Assembly (NCBI GenBank): GCA_965228855.1
Contig: CBDDIJ010000003.1
Span: 288,001 to 352,000 of the forward strand
Reading direction: 5' to 3'
DNA length: 64,000 bases
Source: Candidatus Obscuribacterales bacterium
Lineage (GTDB): Bacteria; Cyanobacteriota; Vampirovibrionia; Obscuribacterales; Obscuribacteraceae
Positions 18,337-28,531 of this stretch are shown here, piece after piece (positions within the stretch are counted from its first letter, which is position 1; every line of letters begins with the position of its first letter). The notes beneath the pieces were generated by a model. That model saw only the letters and a program-made list of their open reading frames with translations, did no database searches and was not told where the DNA came from. A program made the position numbers and the translations under genes.

Positions 18337-19200
18337 ATGGGCAAAGCCGTCTCAACGCTGACGCTGCAGAAGTACAAAGAAGATGGTCGCAAGATTGTTT
18401 GCCTGACCGCCTACGATTATTCGACCGCGAAGATTTTGGATCGCGCGGGCGTGGATGTAATCCTCGTCGGCGACAGTCTTGCCATGGTGGCTCTTGGGCA
18501 TAAAACCACTCACGCCGTCACCGTCGAAGAGATGTTGCACCACACCAAGGCGGTGACCAGAGGCGCTGAATTCGCGCTTGTGGTGGCTGATTTGCCGTTC
18601 ATGAGCTATCAAGTCGACATCACTCAAGCGATCACGAACGCCGGCCGCTTTGTCAAAGAGGCTCAGGCACAGGCTGTTAAGCTGGAAGGTGCCAGCGAAC
18701 ATAATCTTCAAATTATCGAACGTCTTGTTGGAATGGGTATCCCCGTGATGGGGCACCTGGGCTTTACTCCTCAGTCTATTCATGGACTGGGTGGAACGCG
18801 AGTTCAGGCGCGCAATGCCGATGACGCGCTTAAGTTACTTGCTGAAGCAAAGGCTCTGGAAAAAGCGGGTGTCTTCGCAGTCGTTTTGGAGATGGTACCA
18901 ACCGCGGTGGCGCGCGCAATAGCTAAGCGCTTAACGATTCCAGTCATCGGAATCGGTGCCGGAGTAGACTGCGACGGACAAATTCTTGTGACAGACGACT
19001 TGCTGGGCAAGTACGTTGATTTTAAACCGCGTTTTGTTCGGCGTTATGCAAGTCTCGATGAAGTCTGCACTGAAGCGATTCGCTCATATGCGCAGGATGT
19101 GATGAGCAGCGCGTTTCCGACCGATACTGAATCATTCGCTTTCCCGGAAGAAGAAGAAAAGGTGTTGCTGAAGAAGTTGGATGCTCAGCCAGTCGGCTAA
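18337..19200 (+). CDS. panB: 3-methyl-2-oxobutanoate hydroxymethyltransferase
   Basis: LTAYDY, ILVGDSL, ADLPFMSY, VKLEG, GHLGFTPQS, IGIGAG.DCDGQILV. Confidence 0.98.
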   Translation: MGKAVSTLTLQKYKEDGRKIVCLTAYDYSTAKILDRAGVDVILVGDSLAMVALGHKTTHAVTVEEMLHHTKAVTRGAEFALVVADLPFMSYQVDITQAITNAGRFVKEAQAQAVKLEGASEHNLQIIERLVGMGIPVMGHLGFTPQSIHGLGGTRVQARNADDALKLLAEAKALEKAGVFAVVLEMVPTAVARAIAKRLTIPVIGIGAGVDCDGQILVTDDLLGKYVDFKPRFVRRYASLDEVCTEAIRSYAQDVMSSAFPTDTESFAFPEEEEKVLLKKLDAQPVG

Positions 19201-19364
19201 GAACGTCGCACGCCCTTGTTTTCCGCTGCTTTCATTATCCTCTTATTCCTGAGCAGCATAAGTCTCAAAATTTGATTCCGCATGGGAATTTCGGATACCT
19301 AATCAGAATCCGGGAGATACACGAGCCACAAGCCACGAGCCAGAATCGGTCTCATATGCCGGAA

Positions 19365-19470
19365 GCGTCCTCGGTCGGCAGATGGCGTCCTCGGTGGTGG
19401 CTCGGTCGGCAACGGCGTCTCGAGCGGCTTCCTCGCATGGTGGCTCGGTCGGCAACGGTGTCCTTCGGCG
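19365..19470. repeat. Degenerate GC-rich intergenic repeat
   Basis: TGGTGGCTCGGTCGGCAACGG at 19395 and 19438; GCGTCCTCGGT at 19365 and 19385; CTCGGTCGGCA three times. Confidence 0.65.
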
Positions 19471-19483
19471 TGGCGGGCGCTAG

Positions 19484-22400
19484 CTATTTTCGTAGGCCTT
19501 CGCCTTGTTGTTGCATGCGGCGGAGTTCGTTGTAGTCGATGGTCGATGGTTTGCGGTCGCTGAGACCTTTCATCCAAGGATCGACTGGTTTCGGAATGTC
19601 ACGCGGGCTGCCTGCGTTCTTGCCATCGCCGTTCGGAACGACGACTTTGTCGGCAGGGAGATCGACCGGACGACCTTTGGTGTCTCGATTTGGATCTTGC
19701 GCCTCGACAGGAGCGATGCCACCACCTGTAGCATCAGCCGCGACTGGCGTTGCGCCGGCTTGTTTGCGTCCTTCGTTGATTAGCGATTGTACTTGAGAGC
19801 CCGGAACATAGGTCGAGAACATATCTCTTCCCAGAGCCATTCCGCCGTAGCCGTAGATAAAGCGGTCCCGTCCGGACCAATCGCGTACTCCCGAGATTGC
19901 GCTGCTCAAACTCTTTCCAGTGTGGCGGGCAGCAAGCGATGGATTGAGAGCCAGTTGAGAAATGGACGGTTTTGCATTGATCGGTGCGATGTGCGGGTCA
20001 CCTTTGGTGTGGAATTGCAGTTCCAGGTAATCTGACACACGGTTCACTTCGGCGTTGACTTGTTCTGCTGTCATGCCTTTGTCCATGAGCCGCAGAGCTG
20101 TAGGCATGGCTGAATTCTGCAGCTGAATCATGGTGTAGTCTTGTGTGTTGAATGAAATGGACTCCAGTGGTTTCTTGTTCACGATCACATCGACCATGAG
20201 GCTGGACAACTGATCCATCTTCTTCATCTCAGTGGGCAAATGCGGCAGGATGTCCGCGAAGGTCTTGCCTTTGAGCGCGTCCAGAGGCGTGTTCAGCTGG
20301 GCACTTACGAGGTGAGGAATAACCGCGTCGAGTTCCGCCCGCGAGATTGTAATCTTCTGACCGGGGTTGTCGATACTCGCCCAGACGTAGTCTTTTTCGC
20401 CACGTGATCCGACTTCGGCATAAGCGTCAAGCTGTTTGGCGTATTCCATGATGAGCGGATCGCCTTCGCCGCGCTGGCGTAAAACTTCGGCTATCAGCTT
20501 CGGTCTGAAGGTGTCGATGGAGTGAACCTCGATTCCCATCGGGTTTTCGGCGCTAGCCATTTCTTTACCGAAAACGTTTCTCGTCTCTAGCTTGCCATCT
20601 TGACGCAGAGCCTGGAGCAAGACACCGAGGGTGGTGCCGCCGTTGGGTCCGGTATAGGCAGCGCCGCCGATATCTGCCGTGTTCTCGTTGGCTTGCGCTT
20701 TGAGGATACCGATGACCAGGTCGAGTTTCGACATTTTGCCATGACCTGGCACATCGACCATCTCGCCGGACTTGTCTCCGAGCGCTTTGCGAACGGTTCC
20801 TTCGATGACTTGCTCCCGGATTGAATCGGGGAAACGCATGATGCCACCATACTGGTTGTGATTGTTTTCGTGACCGTTGATGCCGGCACGCAGCATCCGC
20901 AGGTTTTGCATGTTGCGCGGCCATTGCACGAGGTCGACGTCCCAGACGCCCTGGATTTCCGGAATCGTGTGCGGACCTGCTCCGTTGTCGCGCGCGACCA
21001 GATTGAGCGGCGGGTTTTTGGCAGACAACACTTCGTCTGCCGGAATATTTTTCTGGTTCATTCTTGTCTTGGAACCGGTGTAGAGTTCCAAACTGAACAA
21101 GTTCATGCTGTGAACATTCGCGCCTGTAGGACCGAGATCCGCAGACATCTGTCCAATAGCTGCATCTCTTCCGCGGAAAAACAGCGGCGCTACTTGTTGA
21201 AGTTTTTGCGTATCGCCACCGACTTCGTTGGCAAGTCCGACCATCTGGGTGAGCCATTCTCGGTAGCCCGGGTCAAGCGCCTTGTGGTTCGGATTGAGCG
21301 CGGCATGAACCGGTCCGACCGATCCTTCAACAAGATCTATGACTTGTTGCTGCTCATCGGTGAGCTTGTTCATCTCGTCTTTCGCCATCTTCGCGAGCAA
21401 TTCGATATTTTTCGGATTGACCTCGGCCGCGATGCGCGCTGCCAGTTCCGGTGTGCTTCCGGGAACCGGAGTGTTGTCCGTGGGTTTCGCGGTAGCGTCT
21501 GCCGATTTCGGTTTAGCCGCTGAGGCCTCGCCTTCCGCTTTCACGAATTCCGAAATCTGCTCGGACGTCATCTTCCGCGGATCTTTTCCGGCGAGGAAGA
21601 TGCCGATGGTCTGGTCGAAGCCGATTTCTTTGCCGTCGGTCGTTCTGATTCCATGCTTATGCATGTTGTGGCTGTGAAGGATGCCTTCGTACTCACCATG
21701 CGCCTCCTGGGCCTTCGCCATTTTTTGCTCGAAGGTCAAAGGATTTTCTTTTGCCGAATTCAGTCTGCCGGATAGTTTGTCGGCGAGCGTTTGCGTGCCT
21801 TTGTCGACTGCGTTGCCCAGGCGGTTGATTTGCCTGCCGAAGAAATATTTATCGCTGCCGAGATAATCACCCTTGGCGGTTTCGAAAGCGTTGAACTTTT
21901 GTTCGCCCAGTATGCCCTTCATGCCCTTCTCGCCGAGGCGCTCGCCGTGCATGGCGATCTTCATGCCCCAGTATGAATCCCAGGCAAACATGCCGAGTCC
22001 GTCGCCCATCTTTTGAGCGGCGGCGTTGACCTGTGCGTGGTCTTTAGCGTCCCATGCTTCGGAAAAACCTTTTGCGACCGGAACTGCTGCATCGCGAACC
22101 ATAAAGTAGGTGAACGCTGTTGCCGCGGCGGCTCTTGCCGCGCCTGCTTTCGGCAGTGCGATTCTCATGGCCACACCGAGTGCAAGAGCGGTGCTGCCTT
22201 TTTCGATCGCTTGCACCGGATGCGTAATGTCATGCAGAGCTGTGTTGACTACACCGGGAACCGCATATCCTGCGCCTTCGACGGTGAGGAGTCCGAGGCG
22301 GGCTAAGCGGTTGTTTTCAACAATGTGATCTAGAGCGGTTGTTTTCGGGTCTACTGGGGCGACATTGCCATCGAGCCCGTTGGCTCGCAAAATGTTTTGA

Positions 22401-22552
22401 ACGCGGTCGCCTTCCGGGCGAACATTCAGCAGCAGATCATTTGCTTGCGCCTGCAGGGCGTTGGGCTGCGCGTCCTTCGCGTCGTTGCCGCCCATCAATA
22501 CTTCCTGCGATCGACTCTTGCTCGTGGTTGCCGTGTCTCCAGTGTCACCCAT
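19484..22552 (-). CDS. Large hypothetical protein with gluzincin metallopeptidase motifs
   Basis: HENNH plus downstream ENTADIGG; hydrophobic helices near the N-terminus; no signal peptide; GGAG RBS. Confidence 0.7.
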   Translation of the reverse strand: MGDTGDTATTSKSRSQEVLMGGNDAKDAQPNALQAQANDLLLNVRPEGDRVQNILRANGLDGNVAPVDPKTTALDHIVENNRLARLGLLTVEGAGYAVPGVVNTALHDITHPVQAIEKGSTALALGVAMRIALPKAGAARAAAATAFTYFMVRDAAVPVAKGFSEAWDAKDHAQVNAAAQKMGDGLGMFAWDSYWGMKIAMHGERLGEKGMKGILGEQKFNAFETAKGDYLGSDKYFFGRQINRLGNAVDKGTQTLADKLSGRLNSAKENPLTFEQKMAKAQEAHGEYEGILHSHNMHKHGIRTTDGKEIGFDQTIGIFLAGKDPRKMTSEQISEFVKAEGEASAAKPKSADATAKPTDNTPVPGSTPELAARIAAEVNPKNIELLAKMAKDEMNKLTDEQQQVIDLVEGSVGPVHAALNPNHKALDPGYREWLTQMVGLANEVGGDTQKLQQVAPLFFRGRDAAIGQMSADLGPTGANVHSMNLFSLELYTGSKTRMNQKNIPADEVLSAKNPPLNLVARDNGAGPHTIPEIQGVWDVDLVQWPRNMQNLRMLRAGINGHENNHNQYGGIMRFPDSIREQVIEGTVRKALGDKSGEMVDVPGHGKMSKLDLVIGILKAQANENTADIGGAAYTGPNGGTTLGVLLQALRQDGKLETRNVFGKEMASAENPMGIEVHSIDTFRPKLIAEVLRQRGEGDPLIMEYAKQLDAYAEVGSRGEKDYVWASIDNPGQKITISRAELDAVIPHLVSAQLNTPLDALKGKTFADILPHLPTEMKKMDQLSSLMVDVIVNKKPLESISFNTQDYTMIQLQNSAMPTALRLMDKGMTAEQVNAEVNRVSDYLELQFHTKGDPHIAPINAKPSISQLALNPSLAARHTGKSLSSAISGVRDWSGRDRFIYGYGGMALGRDMFSTYVPGSQVQSLINEGRKQAGATPVAADATGGGIAPVEAQDPNRDTKGRPVDLPADKVVVPNGDGKNAGSPRDIPKPVDPWMKGLSDRKPSTIDYNELRRMQQQGEGLRK

Positions 22553-22965
22553 CTATAAGCACTCCTTGGCGATTCCATAAAAGCATGCGAACACGGACGG
22601 CGCACCCGTCCTGTCTCAGCGGTTCCCCGCCGTTCATACTAATAAGTTAATTGAAGCGCCCCCTGTTGGAAAGGGGGGGAACTACGAATGAAGTCGTAGA
22701 ACCCGCACGAATTAATTAGCGATATGGAAATTCAGCGCTGGATACGATCGCGCCCGATTAATCACGTTGCCCAAAGAAGCTGGCATAATTCTCATTTGTA
22801 ATCTGCCAACCCGGGTCGTTGACAAGGGTTTTGGGATTTCTTCGGGGGTTGCATCGTTTTCCTGTTGAAAACGACTTCTGGAGATTCTGCGGCGACGGGC
22901 TTTTTTCGGCCGGCGAAGGCTGTTCGGGTCGACCGACAAAAGTCTTTCAATACATAGGATTGAGG

Positions 22966-23961
22966 GTGAGTGAATTGACGGAAAAGAAGCTTACGGAAGA
23001 AATGAAGGATCGCCTGCGAGGCGCCATCTGGGGGGCTTGCGTGGGTAGCTCGCTGGGCGGGAGCTGTGTTGGGCTCAACCACAAAGAAATTCTTGCTACG
23101 GCGGGGATTTCGGTGCTTCGGGACTTCGTTCCTGGGCTTTCGAAGAGCCAGATGCCGGACCACAAGCCAGGCGATATCCACGCCGACGCAGAGCTGGGGC
23201 TAGCTCTGGCGGAAACACTCATCGCTTCAGGTGGGAAGCTGCCGCCCGAAAGTCTCAAGGGGCGATACACTCAGCTCCTCGAGTGCAATGATTTTCTGGA
23301 AGGGGGACCTGGTCCACTCTGTCTGGCTGCGCTTCGGCGTATGGCGGACGACAGCCCGCTCGTCGATGACGAACCGGAAAGCACCCATGTAAGCGGTGCC
23401 GCGCGAGCCTTTCCGATTGGCTGCCTGCCGATTGACGACGATGCTCGCAAAGAAATTGCCATGACGCAAGCGGGGATGTCACACAGGCACCATGCGGTTT
23501 CGGCCGCGGCAGCCGTCATAGCCGATATCATTCATCACTTCATCTGCGGTCAGCGACTGGATTCGGTCGATGAAGTGCGTGAATTCGTATCTAAGGAATT
23601 CGCGCTTGCAAAGGGTATCGATGAACGCTTCGCCGACTTCTGGGACGATATCGCCCCTGACCTTGATTACACGAAGCCGGCTGATGACCTTCCGTACTCG
23701 CTTGTTAACGTGCAATCCAGCGTTAACGAATGCGTCCCCACCTCTGTCGGCATTTTTCTTATCTTCCGCCACGATCTGGAAGAGGCTGTTTGCGCAGCGG
23801 CCCGCGTAGGTGGCGACACCGATACTGCTGCGTGCATTGTGGGCGCGCTTTCAGGTGCCTACCATGGCGCCAAGAAGATTCCGGCCCGCTGGATGGAGCA
23901 AATAAAGGAACGCGATCGAATCGAAGCCGTAGTTAACGGTTTGATAGATTTATGGGATTAA
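22966..23961 (+). CDS. ADP-ribosylglycohydrolase-family protein with degenerate N-terminal motifs
   Basis: DRLRGAIWGACVGSSLG; GGDTDTAACIVGALSGAYHGAKKIPARW; probable GTG start 22966 (track gives 22819). Confidence 0.88.
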   Translation: MSELTEKKLTEEMKDRLRGAIWGACVGSSLGGSCVGLNHKEILATAGISVLRDFVPGLSKSQMPDHKPGDIHADAELGLALAETLIASGGKLPPESLKGRYTQLLECNDFLEGGPGPLCLAALRRMADDSPLVDDEPESTHVSGAARAFPIGCLPIDDDARKEIAMTQAGMSHRHHAVSAAAAVIADIIHHFICGQRLDSVDEVREFVSKEFALAKGIDERFADFWDDIAPDLDYTKPADDLPYSLVNVQSSVNECVPTSVGIFLIFRHDLEEAVCAAARVGGDTDTAACIVGALSGAYHGAKKIPARWMEQIKERDRIEAVVNGLIDLWD

Positions 23962-24146
23962 TTAATCGCAAATCCTGACTACTGGTTTATGATTCCTAGC
24001 TTGATTGGATTCAACGCTTGAATTGGAATGTTCAATGTGACGTTGACGCATTCGATGCGCTGTTGAAACCAACGCAGAACTGGCGGTGTTTACCCACTGG
24101 TTCTCGATTTGTTTTTATCCGTACAAAATTCAAAGGATAGTGAAGT

Positions 24147-24923
24147 ATGACCACCAACACGATGCCGGTTCGCGAAGACGAACAGCTCAAACTCAAAGAT
24201 CAGGTTGCCATTATCACTGGTTCCGGAAGAGGTATTGGTCGCTCGATCGCCGAAGCGTTCCTCAGAGCCGGCGCCAAAGTGGTTATTTCCGACATTAACC
24301 AGGACACTTGTAATCAGACCGCCAAAGAACTCAAGGACCAGGGCGGTGAAACGCTTGGAGTCGTTTGCGACGTAACCAAATCCGAAAGCGTGGACGCGCT
24401 TGTTGCGGCCGTGACAAAAGAGTGGGGACGCATCGATATTCTCGTAAACAACGCGGGTATCACGCGCGACAACCTGATTATGCGTATGGGCGACGATGAG
24501 TGGCAAGCTGTCATAGACACCAACCTGACGTCGGCATTTAAAGTAAGTAAGGCTGTTCTCAAGGTGATGTCGAAGCAAAGAAGCGGTCGCATTATCAACA
24601 TCGCATCGACTACCGGTGTTCACGGAAACTTCGGTCAGGTCAACTATGCAGCAGCGAAATCCGGCTTGATTGGTTTAACCAAAACCGTAGCGCTCGAATA
24701 TGCCTCGCGCAATATCACCTGCAACGCGGTCGCTCCTGGTTTTATCGACACGGACATGACCAAAAAATTAAAAGAGGAAATTATTAACGGAATCCTCTCA
24801 AGAGTTCCGCTGGGTCGTATGGGCACACCTGATGACATCGCCAATGCGGTGCTCTTCTTTGCCGGTCCCGGCGCTTATGTTACAGGTCAAGTGCTGGAAG
24901 TCAATGGCGGACTCTATACGTAA
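24147..24923 (+). CDS. fabG: 3-oxoacyl-ACP reductase
   Basis: TGSGRGIG, NNAGITRD, GQVNYAAAK, VAPGFIDTDMT; next to acpP-fabF. Confidence 0.96.
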   Translation: MTTNTMPVREDEQLKLKDQVAIITGSGRGIGRSIAEAFLRAGAKVVISDINQDTCNQTAKELKDQGGETLGVVCDVTKSESVDALVAAVTKEWGRIDILVNNAGITRDNLIMRMGDDEWQAVIDTNLTSAFKVSKAVLKVMSKQRSGRIINIASTTGVHGNFGQVNYAAAKSGLIGLTKTVALEYASRNITCNAVAPGFIDTDMTKKLKEEIINGILSRVPLGRMGTPDDIANAVLFFAGPGAYVTGQVLEVNGGLYT

Positions 24924-25060
24924 AGTAGCGTAAGAAAACCAGGGGTCTCTAGAATGATAGTTCTTAGCTGACGTGATATTCTAGTTGCCCTTGGCACGCC
25001 TTAGTAGCCAGCATGATTTAACGTGCCTATTGGTTCGTAATTTTAGGGGGTTTAAAGTAC

Positions 25061-25300
25061 ATGGAAGAGAAGGATGCCTTCGAACGAGTAAAGAAGGTGG
25101 CCGTTGCCCAACTTAACGTCAATGGTGACGAAGTTACAATGGAAGCCAGCTTCACCAAAGACCTCGGCGCAGATTCACTCGACCAGGTTGAATTGGTGAT
25201 GGCTCTGGAAGAAGAATTCGGAATGGAAATTCCGGATGAAGAAGCAGAGAAGATCACGACCGTTGGCGAAGCTGTTAAATACATCTCCGGCCATCTTTAA
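25061..25300 (+). CDS. acpP: Acyl carrier protein
   Basis: [21 protein letters not shown] phosphopantetheine site. Confidence 0.98.
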   Translation: MEEKDAFERVKKVAVAQLNVNGDEVTMEASFTKDLGADSLDQVELVMALEEEFGMEIPDEEAEKITTVGEAVKYISGHL

Positions 25301-25411
25301 TTCGTTAACCAACGAATAAATTCGACTGGCAGATGATTACCTATAGGGGCGCGTTCACCGCGCCTTAAAGGTATCTTTGTTTGCCCTGGAATCAAGGAAT
25401 AGACCTGGTAG

Positions 25412-26665
25412 ATGTCTAAACGTCGCGTTGTTGTAACTGGTATCGGAACAGTCACGTCACTCGGAATTGGCAAAGACCAATTCTGGGATGGGATCGTCAA
25501 CTGTCGCTCCGGTATACGTCCGGTGACTTGCATCGAAGAAAAATATCGATCAGCTTGCCGGATCGCCGGTGAGATAACCGAATTCGATGCAAAAGAGTAC
25601 ATGGATTTCAAAGCGGTGAAACGATCCGATCGGTTCATTCACTTTGCGATCGCTGCTGCAAAACTTGCTGTCGAAGACGCTGCAATCGATCTGTCGAAAG
25701 ACAAGCCTGAGCGCGTCGGTGTTGTAATCGGCAGCGCTGCAGGCGGTTTCGGTTCGATCGAAACTCAGTTCAGAACTCTGACAGAAAAAGGTCCCGATCG
25801 TTGCTCACCATTTACGGTGCCAATGATCATTGTGAATATGGCCGCCGGTTGGGTGTCTATGCTTCACAACGCAAAGGGACCAAACCTGTGTCAAGTGACA
25901 GCCTGTGCGACTTCTACGCATTCAATCGGCGACGCTGCCGGTTTGATTGAGCGTAACGAAGCCGATGTGATGTTCGCCGGAGGAAGTGAAGCGCCTATCG
26001 TTTCGCTCGTGATGGCTGGCTTCGCGTCGGCTAGAACGTTGTCTACGCGTAATGACGAACCAGAGAAAGCGAGCCGACCATTCGACTCGGAGCGCGATGG
26101 ATTCGTTATGGGCGAAGGCGGTGCGGTTTTGATTCTTGAAGAATTGGAACACGCTAAAGCGCGCGGCGCAAATATCTACGCTGAGATCGTCGGCTACGGA
26201 ATGACCGGTGATGCATACGATATCGTCGCGCCTTGCGCTGACGGCGATGGTGCAGGACGTGCCATGAACATGGCTCTGTCGCAGGCTGGTATCAAGCCCG
26301 AGCAAGTTGACTACATCAATGCGCACGGAACCTCGACGCCAGTCGGTGACGTTGCTGAGACCACCGCAATCAAAACAGTATTTGGCGAACACGCCACCTC
26401 GCAAAAACTGCTCGTCAGCTCGACCAAATCGATGACCGGTCACTTGCTCGGCGCCGCAGGCGCTATCGAAGCGGCTGCAACGGTTCTTGCGATCAAACAT
26501 TCAATCGTTCCGGCGACGATCAATTTGACGAATCCGGATCCGAAATGCGATTTGAATTATGTTCCGAATAAACCGCTTGTCGGTCACGATCTGACTTACG
26601 CGATGTCCAACAGCTTTGGCTTTGGTGGACATAACGGTTGCCTGCTGTTCAAGAAATACGAATAG
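25412..26665 (+). CDS. fabF: Beta-ketoacyl-ACP synthase II
   Basis: TACAT, INAHGTST, KSMTGHLLGAAG, SNSFGFGGHN. Confidence 0.98.
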   Translation: MSKRRVVVTGIGTVTSLGIGKDQFWDGIVNCRSGIRPVTCIEEKYRSACRIAGEITEFDAKEYMDFKAVKRSDRFIHFAIAAAKLAVEDAAIDLSKDKPERVGVVIGSAAGGFGSIETQFRTLTEKGPDRCSPFTVPMIIVNMAAGWVSMLHNAKGPNLCQVTACATSTHSIGDAAGLIERNEADVMFAGGSEAPIVSLVMAGFASARTLSTRNDEPEKASRPFDSERDGFVMGEGGAVLILEELEHAKARGANIYAEIVGYGMTGDAYDIVAPCADGDGAGRAMNMALSQAGIKPEQVDYINAHGTSTPVGDVAETTAIKTVFGEHATSQKLLVSSTKSMTGHLLGAAGAIEAAATVLAIKHSIVPATINLTNPDPKCDLNYVPNKPLVGHDLTYAMSNSFGFGGHNGCLLFKKYE

Positions 26666-26670
26666 CGATT

Positions 26671-28212
26671 ATGGCAGATTTTGATTTGATCGGAAAAACA
26701 GCGTCGGAGATTCGAAAGTTAATCGGCGACAAGCAAGTTTCTGCCCGCGAAGTTGCGGTCGGTTACCTGGAGCATACGAAGCGGAATGATAAGGAAACAA
26801 ACGCGTTTCTTTGTCTGACAGAAGAGCTTGCGTTAAAACAAGCCGATGCTGTTGATAAGAAAGTAGCATCCGGAGAAGAGCTCCCAGCCTTCGCCGGAGT
26901 ACCTGTTTGTCTTAAAGACAATATTTGTGTGCCGGGATATCCCACCACTTGCGGAAGCAAAATACTCGAGGGGTTTGTACCTCCGTATCAGGCCACCGCT
27001 GCCGAAAAACTCTTCGAGGCAGGCGCCGTGCTGATCGGCAAAGGCAACCTCGACGAGTTCGCGATGGGATCGTCCAACGAAAACACCGCGTATGCTAAGC
27101 CGCACAATCCCTGGAACTTGAGCAAAGTACCAGGGGGATCATCCGGTGGACCGGCAGTGGCTGTGGCTTCCGGATATTCAGCTGTTGGACTTGGATCGGA
27201 TACCGGTGGCTCGATTAGATTGCCGGCGTCCTTCTGCGGCATCGTCGGAATGAAACCGACGTATGGGCTGGTCTCCCGATACGGGCTTGTGGCCTATGCT
27301 TCCAGCTTGGATCAGATTGGACCGTTTTCGTATTCCGTGGAAGATTGCGCGCTGACGCTTGCCACTCTATTCGGAAAGGACCCGAAGGATTCGACGTCGA
27401 TAGAGGATCCGTTCGGCAGCAAAATGAACCCCAGAAAGTTTCCAACTATGGACCTGGCATTCGCTCAGGGACTGGCGAAACACGATGGTTCTTTAAAGGG
27501 AATCAAAGTCGGAATCTTGAAGGAATTGGTCGGGGAAGGTCTCGAGCCTGAAGTCAGGGCTGCCACCGAAAACGGTATCAATGTTCTGCGGCAACTGGGC
27601 GCTGAAGTTGGCGAAGTCTCAGTCGACCACATCGATATTGCACTGCCTGTTTATTACATTATCGCCACCGCAGAAGCCAGCGCCAACCTCTCTCGCTACG
27701 ATGGTGTCAGATATGGTGTCCGAAATAAAGACGCCAAAGATTTGATGTCAATGTACACGTCGTCCCGACATGATGGTTTCGGCGATGAGGTGAAACGTCG
27801 CATCATGCTTGGAACTTACGCCTTAAGCTCCGGCTATTATGATGCCTATTATAAGAAGGCTCAGCAAGTGCGCCGCCTGCTGAAAGAATCCTTCGATCGA
27901 GCATTTGAAAAGTACGACGTTCTGGTTTGCCCGGTATCGCCAACGGTGGCGTTCGGTATGGGTGAAAAAATTGACGATCCTTTAACTATGTATCTGGGCG
28001 ACATCGCGACGGTTCCTATCAACCTCGCCGGACTGCCTGGAATTTCACTGCCGGCCGGTTTCGGTCGCGACGGTCTGCCGGTTGGATTGCAGTTGATTGG
28101 ACAACAGTTGTCTGATGCACAGTTGCTTACCGTAGCACACGCTTTCGAGAAAGCCACTGACTTCTCATCGAAACGCTCGCCAATAGTTGAAGCCCGTCAC
28201 CAGCGCGTTTAA
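26671..28212 (+). CDS. gatA: Asp/Glu-tRNA amidotransferase subunit A
   Basis: KDNI, PGGSSGG, GSDTGGSIRLPA, EVKRRIMLGTYALSSGYYDAYYKKAQ; ATG 26671 lies just after the fabF stop. Confidence 0.97.
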   Translation: MADFDLIGKTASEIRKLIGDKQVSAREVAVGYLEHTKRNDKETNAFLCLTEELALKQADAVDKKVASGEELPAFAGVPVCLKDNICVPGYPTTCGSKILEGFVPPYQATAAEKLFEAGAVLIGKGNLDEFAMGSSNENTAYAKPHNPWNLSKVPGGSSGGPAVAVASGYSAVGLGSDTGGSIRLPASFCGIVGMKPTYGLVSRYGLVAYASSLDQIGPFSYSVEDCALTLATLFGKDPKDSTSIEDPFGSKMNPRKFPTMDLAFAQGLAKHDGSLKGIKVGILKELVGEGLEPEVRAATENGINVLRQLGAEVGEVSVDHIDIALPVYYIIATAEASANLSRYDGVRYGVRNKDAKDLMSMYTSSRHDGFGDEVKRRIMLGTYALSSGYYDAYYKKAQQVRRLLKESFDRAFEKYDVLVCPVSPTVAFGMGEKIDDPLTMYLGDIATVPINLAGLPGISLPAGFGRDGLPVGLQLIGQQLSDAQLLTVAHAFEKATDFSSKRSPIVEARHQRV

Positions 28213-28238
28213 CTCGCTGCAATCCACACGGTCCTAAA

Positions 28239-28434
28239 CATGCACGTGGCTGGTGCATCCAGATAGGTCGCGAGCATGCACATGGATGGTGCATCCAAGT
28301 CGGTCACGAGCATGCACATGGGTGGTGCATCCAGATAGGTCGCGAGCATGCACATGGATGGTGCATCCAGATAGGTCGCGAGCATGCACATGGATGGTGC
28401 ATCCAGATAGGTCCCGAGCATGCACATGGATGGT
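28239..28434. repeat. 36-bp tandem repeat (5 copies plus a partial one), each unit with an internal hairpin
   Basis: Consensus CATGCACATGGATGGTGCATCCAGATAGGTCGCGAG; ATGCAC-N7-GTGCAT inverted repeat in each unit. Confidence 0.95.
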
Positions 28435-28531
28435 AGCCACATCAGTCACAACCATCTTATAGTTGTTCTAGAAATAGTAGATTCGGCAATTAGCTGTTTT
28501 CCAGTCGGAGAAGTCTGAGAATCGTCGTGAA

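Noticed and set aside
22819..22965. N-terminal extension of the ADP-ribosylglycohydrolase
   Set aside because: Non-homologous-looking sequence; the family fold starts near GTG 22966
19484..23961. Toxin-immunity pair (large protein plus ADP-ribosylglycohydrolase)
   Set aside because: Genes are divergent and about 400 bp apart, and no ADP-ribosyltransferase motif was recognised in the large protein
28239..28434. CRISPR array
   Set aside because: Units are head-to-tail with near-identical linkers, so there are no unique spacers, and no cas genes are in the window
28209..28462. Short ORFs reading through the 36-bp array (for example repeats of MCMLATYLDAPS)
   Set aside because: Open in several frames only because the unit is a stop-poor multiple of 3; no convincing RBS
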